Source of the DNA: an uncultured Gemmatimonadales bacterium
GTDB lineage: Bacteria > Gemmatimonadota > Gemmatimonadetes > Longimicrobiales > RSA9
Reading direction: 5' to 3'
Length of the DNA stretch: 64,000 bases
Assembly (NCBI GenBank): GCA_963708135.1
Contig: OY970192.1
Coordinates: forward strand, 3,616,001-3,680,000
Shown: in pieces, positions 10,364 through 21,334 of the stretch
Numbering within the stretch: the stretch's first letter is position 1
Layout: the number at the start of each line of letters is the position of its first letter
Translations under genes and position numbers: made by a program
Notes under the pieces: model-generated
The model's input: the letters and a program-made list of their open reading frames with translations, nothing else
Told to the model about the DNA's origin: nothing
Database searches by the model: none

Positions 10364-12079
10364 ATGGGGTCCGTCATGGAACCAAACCGATCGCCGAGCG
10401 GGCCGCGCGTGCGGATCCCGGCCACCGCCCGCAGGCCCCTGGCGGGCCTCGCGCTCGCGCTGCTCGCCCCGGCCGGCGCCCGCGCGCAGGATCCCCCGGC
10501 CGCGCGCGTCAACTCCGTCTTCTCCGCCTACGACCACACGAACACGCCCGGCTGCGCGCTCGGCGTGACCCGCGGCGGCCACCTCGTCTACGAACGTGGC
10601 TACGGCATGGCCAACCTCGAGTACGGCGTCCCGATCACGCCGCGCTCGCCGTTCCACGTGGCCTCGATCACGAAGCAGTTCACCGCCATGTCCATCGTGC
10701 TGCTCGCTCGTGAGGGGCGGCTTTCCCTGGACGACGACATCCGGAAGTACGTGCCCGAGGTCCCGGACTTCGGTGTCCCGATCACCCTGCGCGAGCTGCT
10801 GCACCACACGAGCGGGATCCGCGACCAGTGGGAGCTGCTGGACTGGGCCGGCTGGCGCGACGACGATCCGATCACCACGAAGGATATCCTCGACATCACC
10901 GCGCGTCAGAAGGCGCTGAACTTCCCGCCCGGCGATCAGTACCTCTACAGCAACACCGGCTTCACGCTGCTCGCGGAGGTCGTCCGCCGCGTCTCCGGGC
11001 AGTCGCTCCGCGACTTCACGGCCAAGCACATCTTCACGCCCCTCGGCATGCGCGACACACAGGTCCACGACGACCACACCGCGCTCATCCCCGGGCGCAC
11101 CTCCGCCTACGTCCTGCGTGACGGCGGCGGCTACGCGGTGAGCATTCCGGTCTTCGACAACGCGGGCGCCACCAGCCTCTTCACGACCGTCGAGGACCTG
11201 GCCCGCTGGGACGAGGACGCCTACACGCACGTGGTCGGCGGAGAGGACGGCTGGGCCATGATGCGGCAGCGCTTCGTGCTGAACGACGGCGACACCATCC
11301 CCTACGCGCTCGCCCTCCTCCACGGCCGCTACCGCGGCCTGGCCACCATCGGCCACGACGGCGCCGATGCCGGTTATCGCGCGAGCCTGCTCCGCTTCCC
11401 CGCCCAGCACGCGTCCGTGATCGTCCTCTGCAACTACGGCCCGAGCGACCCCGGCGCCCTCGCCCATCGCGTGGCGGACCTGTACCTCGCCCGCGACTTC
11501 ACCGAGCCGCCCCCGCCGCGAGCGGCCACCGGCGCACCGCCGAGCGTACCCGCGAGGGACGCCGCCCGCTTCGCGGGCACGTACGAGTCGGCCGTCACCA
11601 ATGGCGTGCTCCGCGTGGAGCCGCGGGACGGCGGCCTCGTCGTTGCGCGGGGCCCGTACGTGCTGCCGCTCACTCCGCTCGGCGAGGGGCGCTTCCGCGT
11701 GGCGCTCCTCGGGCAGCAGGTCCGGTTCGTGGCCGCGCCCGGACAGCCCGCCTCCAGCCTCGAGCAGGGTGGCGGCCGGCACCCGGCGGTCTACCGGCGC
11801 GTGCGGCCCGCCACGCCGTCCGCCGCCACGCTCGCGGGGCTCGCGGGGCTCTACGCGAGCGAGGAGCTCGACGCGGAGTATCGCATCGCGGTGGCCGGAG
11901 ACAGCCTCGTGCTCCGCCGGCGGAAGGCCGACGACGCGACGCTCCGGCCGGTGGACGACACGACCTTCACGGCCGGGCTGCGCACCATCCACTTCGAGCG
12001 CGACGGCGCGGGCCACGTGACCGGCTTGCGCATGAGCGGGACCCGCGTGCGCCGGGTCCGGTTCCGCCGCGAACGCTGA
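10364..12079 (+). CDS. Serine hydrolase, beta-lactamase/PBP class C family
   Basis: Signal peptide; ASITK (SxxK), LLHHTSGI, YSN and HDG motifs. Confidence 0.92.
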   Translation: MGSVMEPNRSPSGPRVRIPATARRPLAGLALALLAPAGARAQDPPAARVNSVFSAYDHTNTPGCALGVTRGGHLVYERGYGMANLEYGVPITPRSPFHVASITKQFTAMSIVLLAREGRLSLDDDIRKYVPEVPDFGVPITLRELLHHTSGIRDQWELLDWAGWRDDDPITTKDILDITARQKALNFPPGDQYLYSNTGFTLLAEVVRRVSGQSLRDFTAKHIFTPLGMRDTQVHDDHTALIPGRTSAYVLRDGGGYAVSIPVFDNAGATSLFTTVEDLARWDEDAYTHVVGGEDGWAMMRQRFVLNDGDTIPYALALLHGRYRGLATIGHDGADAGYRASLLRFPAQHASVIVLCNYGPSDPGALAHRVADLYLARDFTEPPPPRAATGAPPSVPARDAARFAGTYESAVTNGVLRVEPRDGGLVVARGPYVLPLTPLGEGRFRVALLGQQVRFVAAPGQPASSLEQGGGRHPAVYRRVRPATPSAATLAGLAGLYASEELDAEYRIAVAGDSLVLRRRKADDATLRPVDDTTFTAGLRTIHFERDGAGHVTGLRMSGTRVRRVRFRRER

Positions 12080-12105
12080 CGGTTCCGCGGCGGAGGAGGG
12101 AGAGA

Positions 12106-14169
<2,064 letters not shown>

Positions 14170-14205
14170 CGGAGGGCATGGCATGGGACACAAGGGGCGG
14201 ACCCC

Positions 14206-14820
14206 ATGAGGTCGGCGGCGCTGCCGGTGCGCACCGGCGCGCGCGCGGGGTCGCGGCTGCCCTCGCTCGCCCGCACGGATGGCGACGTGGCCGCGACGGA
14301 GCTCGTCGTGCTCTCCCTGCTCGGCGCCGCCGCCGGCTGCCTGGCCGCACTCGTCAAGCTGCACCTGCGCGTGCCGGGCCACCAGATCATCTTCTCCGTC
14401 TTCCCCATGGCCCTCGGCGTCGCACTCGTCCCCCGCCGCGCCGCCGGCACCATCATGGGCGCATCCGCCCTCGTGGCCGCGCTGGCCCTGCGCGGCGCAG
14501 GCCTCGGCGAGATGGGCGGCGGGGCCTGGGCCAGCCTGCTCGCCGCCGGGCCGCTCCTCGACCTCGCGCTCGCCGGCGCACGCGGCGGCCTGCGCCTCTA
14601 CGCCGCCTTCATCCTGGCCGGCCTCGGCGCCAACCTCCTCGCCCTCGCCGTGCGCGCTGCCCTCAAGCTCTCCGCCGGCGCCGCCGGGCCGGAGTGGGCC
14701 CGCTGGTGGCCCCGCGCCGGCGCCACCTACCTGGTCAGCGGCCTGCTCGCCGGGCTCCTCAGCGCCGCCGCCTGGTTCCATTTCCGCGACCGGCCGGGCG
14801 CGCCGGGCGTGGCGCCGTGA
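14206..14820 (+). CDS. Small multi-TM membrane protein, ECF S-component-like
   Basis: About 200 aa with 5-6 hydrophobic helices and an LRVPGH motif; co-directional with the receptor. Confidence 0.55.
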   Translation: MRSAALPVRTGARAGSRLPSLARTDGDVAATELVVLSLLGAAAGCLAALVKLHLRVPGHQIIFSVFPMALGVALVPRRAAGTIMGASALVAALALRGAGLGEMGGGAWASLLAAGPLLDLALAGARGGLRLYAAFILAGLGANLLALAVRAALKLSAGAAGPEWARWWPRAGATYLVSGLLAGLLSAAAWFHFRDRPGAPGVAP

Positions 14821-15524
14821 TCCTCGTCGGCATCGACGACACCGACATCGAGGGCACCGAGGGCACCAACCAGATCGCGCGCCGCATCGCCCGCCGCCTC
14901 CCGCCCGGCTGCGTGGCCCGGGCCATCCTCCGCCACCAGCTCCTCTTCGATCCACGCGTCCCCTACACCACCGGAAACGGCTCCGCTTCCCTCCTCGTCG
15001 AGGCACCGGAAGCGGTCGCGGACGAGGTGGCCCGCGCCGCTCGCGCCGTCCTGCGGGGCCGCTTCGTCGCCGGCAGCGATCCCGGCCTGTGCGTGGCCCC
15101 GGCCGACGCGGTGCCGGTCGAGATCACGGCCTTCGGCCGCCTCTGCCAGTCGTCCCTCACCTCCGCAGCGGAGGCCTTCGCGCTCGCCGAGAGCGCGGGG
15201 CTGCCGCTCGAGGCGCTCGGCGGGTCGGGCGACGGCGTCATCGGCGCCCTCGCCGCCGTCGGCCTCCTTGCCGCCGGCGACGACGGCCGCGTGGTCGAGC
15301 TCGCCGGCTGGCCGTGGCCGGATCCGCTCGCGGGACGCCAGCCGCTCGCCGCCATCCACCGCCGCGGCGTGGCCGACGTGCGCGAGCGCGAGACCGACAC
15401 CCCCATCCGGGACGGCACGGTGGACGTCGGCAAGCACCTCCGCCCCGCCTGGCGCGGCGGCCGCCCCATCCTCTACGTCGAGCCCGCCGGCCCCGGCGCC
15501 TGGCGGGCCATGAAGCTGCCCTGA
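14817..15524 (+). CDS. Stand-alone TiaS-like (DDTD kinase-domain) protein
   Basis: GTG start overlaps the upstream TGA; MILVGIDDTD..GT; RHQLLFDPRVPYTTGNGSA; SDPGLCV; GDGVIGALAAVG; 235 aa. Confidence 0.75.
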   Translation: MILVGIDDTDIEGTEGTNQIARRIARRLPPGCVARAILRHQLLFDPRVPYTTGNGSASLLVEAPEAVADEVARAARAVLRGRFVAGSDPGLCVAPADAVPVEITAFGRLCQSSLTSAAEAFALAESAGLPLEALGGSGDGVIGALAAVGLLAAGDDGRVVELAGWPWPDPLAGRQPLAAIHRRGVADVRERETDTPIRDGTVDVGKHLRPAWRGGRPILYVEPAGPGAWRAMKLP

Positions 15525-15747
15525 GCGCTCTCCTCCCGTAGACTGGACCGTGGTCGCCGCGGCCGCCCGGTCGGCGGGGGTCCGGCGGCGCCGGAGCGAG
15601 TCCGGGCCGTCGCCGAATGCCCCGAACTGCCCCCCGGCCATGGTGCATAAACTATTGAGTCTCAACGTGTTATGTATAGCCGGCGGCGGCCCGATGGTTG
15701 CAGTAGAGGAGAGCGTGAACCCGCGTTGACCCCTGCGGAGGAGGACC

Positions 15748-17481
15748 GTGCAGCCGCGTGACCGACGAGAAGATAGCGCCCGGCCGGGCCGCGCCCGCGC
15801 CGGAATGGCCCTGATGCTTGCGCTCGTCGCGGCGCTCGGCGTGTCGGCGTGCGGCGGACGGAGCGCGGACGGCCGCGCGGGCGGCCAGACGGCCGCCGCG
15901 CCGCGGCGGACGGCGATGGAGTGGGTGCGCGGGCTTCTGGCGGCGGTGCCGCGGGACTCGGTGATCGAGGTCTCGCCGGCGGACACGCTGCACGTGAGCG
16001 CGGCCACGACGCACTTCTACCGGTGGCGGCTGTACAGGGCCGCGTGGACGGACGGGGAGCGGGTGCTGCCGGAGGGACGCGAGATGCTGGCGGCGATCGG
16101 CCGGGCGGGGGAGGACGGGCTGGATCCGCGCCACTACGGCTACACCGTGGCGCACGCGATCGAGGTGCGGCTGGACTCGGCGGACCTGTCGGACGACGCG
16201 CGTGCGCAGCTGCTGGGCTCGCTGGACGTGGTGCTGACGGAGGGCTTCAGCCGCTATGCGCGCGACCTGCTGCACGGCACGTTGGCCCCGGAGAAGACGG
16301 GGCTGGACTGGCGCATCCCGCACGACACGACGAGCGAGGAGAACGCGCTGAAGGATGTGCGGAACGGGATCTCGCCGGACAGCGTGGTGCGCCGGCTGCG
16401 GCCGCAGGTGCCGTACTACGGTCGTCTGATGGGTGCGCTTGCGCGCTACCGGGCGGTGGCGGCGCGGGGCGGCTGGCCGTCGGTTCCGGCATCGGAATCG
16501 AAGCTCCTGCCGGGGACGGATGGCGGCGCGGTGGTGGTCGCGCTGCGGCGGCGGCTCACCGCGGGCGATGACCCGGCCGAGGCGCACCTCGCCGGGGTGG
16601 GCGCGGCGCGGCCATCGGTGTTCGACGACTCGCTCGAGGCGGCGCTGGCGCACTTCCAGCGGCGCAACGGGATCATGGACGACGGCGTGCTGGGGCCGCA
16701 CACGCTGGAGGAGCTGAACCACACGGTGCAGGAGCGGATTGCCGACCTGTCGCTGAACCTGGACCGTTGGCGCTGGCTGCCGCGCGAGTTGGGGAGCCGG
16801 TACGTGCTGGTGAACGTGGCGGGGTTCGAGCTGGAGGCCATCGAGGGCGGGCGGCCCGTGCTGTCGATGAACGTGGTGGTCGGCAAGGAGGGGTGGCATA
16901 CGCCGATCTTCGCCGACACGATCAGGGACGTGATCGCGAACCCGTACTGGAACGTGCCGGAATCGATCGTGAAGGAGGAAGTGCTGCCCGGGATCCGGGA
17001 GGACCCCGGCTACCTGGCGCGCCACCACTTCGAGGTGCTCAGGGGCGACCACGTGGTGAGCCCGTCGGCCGTGGACCTCTCCAACACCGGCGCGTACCAG
17101 GTCCGGCAGCGGCCGGGCGCGGAGAACGCGCTGGGGAGCCTGAAGTTCGTGTTCCCGAACCGCTTCAACATCTACCTGCACGGCACGCCCGCGCAGCACC
17201 TGTTCTCGGAGACCGAGCGCGCGTTCAGCCACGGCTGCATCCGGCTCGAGAAGCCGCGCGAGCTGGCCGACCTCCTGCTCGCGAACGGATCCAATGTCTC
17301 GCCGGACAGCCTGGAGACGCTGCTCGCCTCGGGCGACAACCACTGGATCCGGCTGCGGCCCGGCGTGCCCGTCTACATCCTGTACTTCACCGCCTGGGTG
17401 GACCCGGACGGCACCACGCGCTTCCTCCACGACGTCTACGGCCGCGACGCCAGGCTGCGGCAGATGGCGCTGGCGGGCTGA
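15748..17481 (+). CDS. L,D-transpeptidase with peptidoglycan-binding domain (YcbB/LdtD-like) lipoprotein
   Basis: Lipobox VSAC; FQRRNGIMDDG PG-binding motif; NPYWNVP; IYLHGTP...RAFSHGCIR catalytic motif. Confidence 0.92.
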   Translation: MQPRDRREDSARPGRARAGMALMLALVAALGVSACGGRSADGRAGGQTAAAPRRTAMEWVRGLLAAVPRDSVIEVSPADTLHVSAATTHFYRWRLYRAAWTDGERVLPEGREMLAAIGRAGEDGLDPRHYGYTVAHAIEVRLDSADLSDDARAQLLGSLDVVLTEGFSRYARDLLHGTLAPEKTGLDWRIPHDTTSEENALKDVRNGISPDSVVRRLRPQVPYYGRLMGALARYRAVAARGGWPSVPASESKLLPGTDGGAVVVALRRRLTAGDDPAEAHLAGVGAARPSVFDDSLEAALAHFQRRNGIMDDGVLGPHTLEELNHTVQERIADLSLNLDRWRWLPRELGSRYVLVNVAGFELEAIEGGRPVLSMNVVVGKEGWHTPIFADTIRDVIANPYWNVPESIVKEEVLPGIREDPGYLARHHFEVLRGDHVVSPSAVDLSNTGAYQVRQRPGAENALGSLKFVFPNRFNIYLHGTPAQHLFSETERAFSHGCIRLEKPRELADLLLANGSNVSPDSLETLLASGDNHWIRLRPGVPVYILYFTAWVDPDGTTRFLHDVYGRDARLRQMALAG

Positions 17482-17590
17482 GGCGCGGACCGGTCCAGCC
17501 GGCGGCCCGCTCGCCGCTCCTCCATGCAGCGTACGGAACCAACCGGGCTCCGGGCGGGTTCGACTGTCGAACCCGACCCGGAGGTGCGTC

Positions 17591-18139
17591 GTGGACCGCA
17601 AGAGCTTCCTCAAGGGATTCCTCGGGCTGGCCGCCATCCCCGCCGCCAGGCTCGTCTGGCCGCTCGGCCACGGCGCCGGCGCGCAGGAGGCCGTGCCCGC
17701 CGGCGCGACGGGCGGCCCGGGCATCCGGCCGCTGCACAAGTCGAAAGCGGAGTGGCGGAAGCTGCTCCCCGGCGCCGCCTTCGCCGTGCTCTTCGAGGAG
17801 GCGACGGAACGGCCGTTCTCCAGCCCGCTGAACGACCAGCACGACGCGGGCATCTTCATCTGCGCCGCCTGCTTCCTGCCGCTCTTCGACTCCTCCCGGA
17901 AGTTCGACAGCGGCACCGGCTGGCCGAGCTTCTGGGCGCCGATGGAGGGGCGGCTCGGCACCAAGCAGGACTTCAAGCTCGTGGTCCCGCGCACCGAGTA
18001 CCATTGCGTCCGCTGCGGCGGCCACCAGGGGCACGTCTTCCGCGACGGCCCCCGCCCGACCGGGCTGCGCTACTGCAACAACGGCCTCGCCCTCCACTTC
18101 GTTCCCCACGGACAGCCGCTCCCGGCGCTCAGGACCTGA
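17591..18139 (+). CDS. msrB: Peptide-methionine (R)-S-oxide reductase with TAT-like signal
   Basis: KFDSGTGWPSF, CVRCGGHQGHVF and GLRYCNNG motifs; N-terminal DRKSFLK. Confidence 0.93.
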   Translation: MDRKSFLKGFLGLAAIPAARLVWPLGHGAGAQEAVPAGATGGPGIRPLHKSKAEWRKLLPGAAFAVLFEEATERPFSSPLNDQHDAGIFICAACFLPLFDSSRKFDSGTGWPSFWAPMEGRLGTKQDFKLVVPRTEYHCVRCGGHQGHVFRDGPRPTGLRYCNNGLALHFVPHGQPLPALRT

Positions 18140-18228
18140 GCAGGCGACGCCGCCCCCGGAGGGCCGCTCGCGCCCTCCCTGCTCCGAACCCGGCGCCGGC
18201 CGCGGGCCCGGCACGATAGATTGCGGCC

Positions 18229-18972
18229 ATGGACGAGCCGCGCATCGACAGGTTCCGGGCCGCCCGCCGCGACCCCGCGAGCGCCGTGCTCGAGGGCTTC
18301 CACCCGCTCAAGCACGCGCTCCGCTTCGAGGCCAATGTCCTGGAGATCGTGACGGCCGACCCCGACCGGCTCGAGGCGCTCGCCCGCATGCTCGCGCCGG
18401 ACGTCCTGCCCCGCCTCCACCACGCCACGGTCGTCCCGCCGGACGTCTTCGCCCGCCTCTCGCCCACCCCGCTCCGCGAGCCGGTGATCGCGCTCGCGCG
18501 ACGTCCCCCGAGCGATCCCGCCGCCGCGCTCGCCTCCTCCGGGGCCGCCCCCGTGGTGCTGCTCGAGCGCCCGCGCCACCTCGGCAACGTGGGCGCCGTT
18601 GTGCGCGTCGCGGCCGCGGCCGGAGCCGCCGCCGTGCTGACCACCGGCGAACACGATCCCTGGCACCCGCAGGCGCTGCGCGGCGCCGCCGGCCTCCACT
18701 TCGCGCTCACCGTCGGCCGCATCGAGGCCATGCCGCCGCACACCCGCCCGCTCGTGGCCCTCGACCCCGAGGGCGAGCCGTTGCGCCCCGGCCTCATCCC
18801 CGCCCGCGCGCTCCTGGCCTTCGGCTCCGAGCGGCACGGCCTCGGCGACGCCCTGCGCTCCGCCGCCGCCCTGCGCGTCGCGATCCCGATGCGCCCCCGC
18901 GTCTCCAGCCTCAGCCTCGCCACCGCCGTCGCCATCGCGCTCTACACGCCGCCGGCCCCGGACCCACGCTGA
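18229..18972 (+). CDS. TrmH/SpoU-family RNA methyltransferase
   Basis: GNVGAVVR, FGSERHGL and IPM...SSLSLA SPOUT motifs. Confidence 0.88.
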   Translation: MDEPRIDRFRAARRDPASAVLEGFHPLKHALRFEANVLEIVTADPDRLEALARMLAPDVLPRLHHATVVPPDVFARLSPTPLREPVIALARRPPSDPAAALASSGAAPVVLLERPRHLGNVGAVVRVAAAAGAAAVLTTGEHDPWHPQALRGAAGLHFALTVGRIEAMPPHTRPLVALDPEGEPLRPGLIPARALLAFGSERHGLGDALRSAAALRVAIPMRPRVSSLSLATAVAIALYTPPAPDPR

Positions 18973-18989
18973 GCCCGGCGCCTCGGTCG

Positions 18990-20132
18990 GTGCGCCACAC
19001 GCAGCGCGTATCCGGCATCCCGTCCGCACTTGCGGAACCCACCCCCCTCCCCGAGAGTATTGCTCCCCCGCCGCCCGCCCACCGCGGAGCGGCGGCCTTC
19101 TCCACCGTACGGGACGCGCCGATGATCGCAGTCGATGTGGGCAGGGTGTTCTCCCGGGCCTCGCTGGAGCTGCCCGGGTTCCTCTCGTCATACGCGATGT
19201 ACGGAGCGATCGGGTTTCGCTATGCGGTGCTGCCGGCGCTGGGGACGCGCGTGGTGGAGTCGCGCGCGCTGGTGCGGGAGCGGGCGGCGAAGCGGGCGGC
19301 GATCATCGGCGCGATCGGCGCGATCGTCGCCTTCGGCTTCACCGGCCGCACGATTGCCGGCGCGGCGGCCCGGATGCACCTGGGCTTCTGGCCGGCCATC
19401 GGCTCGAACGGGATGCTGCTCGCCATGGCGATCCTCGCGACCGCCTCTCTGGTCGGGTTCCTGCTGGCCGTGCGCGCGCCGGGGATCGGCTGGCCGCTCG
19501 CCGCCCTCGCGACCATCGCGCTGGCGCTCAGGAACCTGGCGCTCGGGCGCTTCCGCGGGCTCATCAACCCCGTCCACGTGCTGGCGGGCGGGCTCTGGCT
19601 GGGGACGCTCTTCGTGGTGCTGACCGCGGGGCTCACGGTCGCGCTGCGGCGCGACGTGCCGCGCGAGGTGGGGGGCAGCGCCGCGGCCGAGATGATCCAC
19701 GCCTTCTCGCCGCTCGCGCTGGTCGCCGCAACCTGCCTGGCGCTGTCCGGCCTGCTCACGGCCTACAACCACATCGGCCACTGGGTGGACCTCTGGACCA
19801 CCGCCTACGGCATCACGCTGCTCGTCAAGCTGGCGGTCGTGGCCACGGTGGTCGTCCTCGGCGCCTGGAACTGGCGGCGCATGCGCCCCGCGCTCGGCGC
19901 CCCGGGGGCCGCTCACGCGCTGCGGCGGACGGCCACCACGGAGCTGTGCGTCGCGCTGCTGGTCCTGATCGTGACCTCGGTGCTGGTCAGCCTGCCCGCC
20001 CCGCGCGAGATCGAGGAGCGGGCCCGGCGGGCACAGGAGCGGCCCGGCGTCCAGAACGTGCAGCCCGCGGCCGAGGGCGCGGCGGCGCCCGGCGCGGCGA
20101 CGGCTCGGCCGGCCCCGGGCACGCCTCGCTGA
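18990..20132 (+). CDS. CopD-family membrane protein (true start possibly ATG 19122)
   Basis: VHVLAGGLWLG, FSPLA and TAYG..LLVKL motifs; multiple TMs. Confidence 0.75.
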   Translation: MRHTQRVSGIPSALAEPTPLPESIAPPPPAHRGAAAFSTVRDAPMIAVDVGRVFSRASLELPGFLSSYAMYGAIGFRYAVLPALGTRVVESRALVRERAAKRAAIIGAIGAIVAFGFTGRTIAGAAARMHLGFWPAIGSNGMLLAMAILATASLVGFLLAVRAPGIGWPLAALATIALALRNLALGRFRGLINPVHVLAGGLWLGTLFVVLTAGLTVALRRDVPREVGGSAAAEMIHAFSPLALVAATCLALSGLLTAYNHIGHWVDLWTTAYGITLLVKLAVVATVVVLGAWNWRRMRPALGAPGAAHALRRTATTELCVALLVLIVTSVLVSLPAPREIEERARRAQERPGVQNVQPAAEGAAAPGAATARPAPGTPR

Positions 20133-20225
20133 GCGGCCTCAGGCGGTGGCGCCGGCGGCCGGGCGGACGCAGCGCTTGATGCTCGTGTCTCCGCGCACGC
20201 TGGGCGGACATCAGCGTGCGCTGGT

Positions 20226-21173
20226 TCAGAAGGGCGGTATCTCCCCGCCGTGCTCGCCCCGGCCCTGGGGCTCGACGAACACCCGTGTCACGTGCGGGTC
20301 GGCGTCGCGGAGCCGCCGCTCCAGCCGGTTGATCGCGTCGGCCGCGTCCTCCACCGTCGCGCCGCTGCGGAAGCGGACCTCGAGATTGAGGAGCACCTCG
20401 TCCGGGCTCAGCTGCAGCGTCAGGATCCGGCCGATCCCGGCGGTGATCCCATCCTCGGAGGTGATCTGCCGGATGCGCTCGACCAGCCGCGGATCGGCGC
20501 GCTCGCCGATCAAAAGGCCACGCGTCTCCCACGAGAGCCAGACCGCCACGACCGCCAGGATCCCGCCGATCACGATGGACAATGCCGCATCGATCCACGG
20601 CGCATCGAGACGGTGCGAGAGGTAGACGCCCAGGAAAGCGACGAGCAGCCCCACGAGCGCCGCCGTGTCCTCGCCGAGCGGGATGTAGAGGCTGGGGTCC
20701 TTGCTCCGGCGGAGCGCCTCGCGGAACGGCAGGTCCTCCTGCTTCTGCGCGAGGAACCGGCGCAGCCCGACCACCCAGGAGGCGCCCTCGGCGAGCGCCG
20801 CCACGCCGAGGACGACGTAGTTCCACGTCGGGTCCTCCAGCTTGCCGCGCCCGGCGAGGATGTGGTGGACGCCCTCGTAGATCGACAGGCCGCCGCCGAT
20901 CGCGAAGAGGACCATGGCCACGATCAGCGCCCAGAAGTAGACCTCCTGCCCGTAGCCGAACGGATGCTCCGCGTCCGGCGGCCGGTCGCCGCGCTTCTCG
21001 CCGAGCAGCAGCAACGCCTCGTTGCCCGTGTCCGCCAGCGAGTGGATCCCCTCCGCCAGCAGCGCCGAGCTGCCGGTCGCCGCCGCCGCCCCGAACTTCG
21101 CCACCATGATCACGAAATTCGCCGTCATCGCCGCGTACACGACCACGCGGTTGCCGCTCGAGCGCTCGGCCAC
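20226..21173 (-). CDS. Cation diffusion facilitator family transporter
   Basis: TGSSALLAEGIHSLADTGNE, HPFGYG, GED and ID motifs; GGAGG before GTG 21173. Confidence 0.92.
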   Translation of the reverse strand: MAERSSGNRVVVYAAMTANFVIMVAKFGAAAATGSSALLAEGIHSLADTGNEALLLLGEKRGDRPPDAEHPFGYGQEVYFWALIVAMVLFAIGGGLSIYEGVHHILAGRGKLEDPTWNYVVLGVAALAEGASWVVGLRRFLAQKQEDLPFREALRRSKDPSLYIPLGEDTAALVGLLVAFLGVYLSHRLDAPWIDAALSIVIGGILAVVAVWLSWETRGLLIGERADPRLVERIRQITSEDGITAGIGRILTLQLSPDEVLLNLEVRFRSGATVEDAADAINRLERRLRDADPHVTRVFVEPQGRGEHGGEIPPF

Positions 21174-21334
21174 GAACCCTCCTTCCCGCCGCCCGTCGAG
21201 ACGGGGGCGAAGGACGGCAAGATCGGCACCGCCGAGGGAAGCGGCGGCGCGGCGGGTGAGGTGACAGAAGCGGAGAGGGATCCCGGCCGGGAGGACATGC
21301 GCGGCCGCGCCGCGCGGCGACGCCGCGGGCGGCC

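Noticed and set aside
12080..12105. Cobalamin riboswitch ahead of the BtuB-like receptor
   Set aside because: Only 26 bp of intergenic space, so B12 specificity is unsupported.
14817..15524. Calling this gene tiaS (tRNA modification)
   Set aside because: Too short; it lacks the OB and Zn-ribbon tRNA-binding domains.
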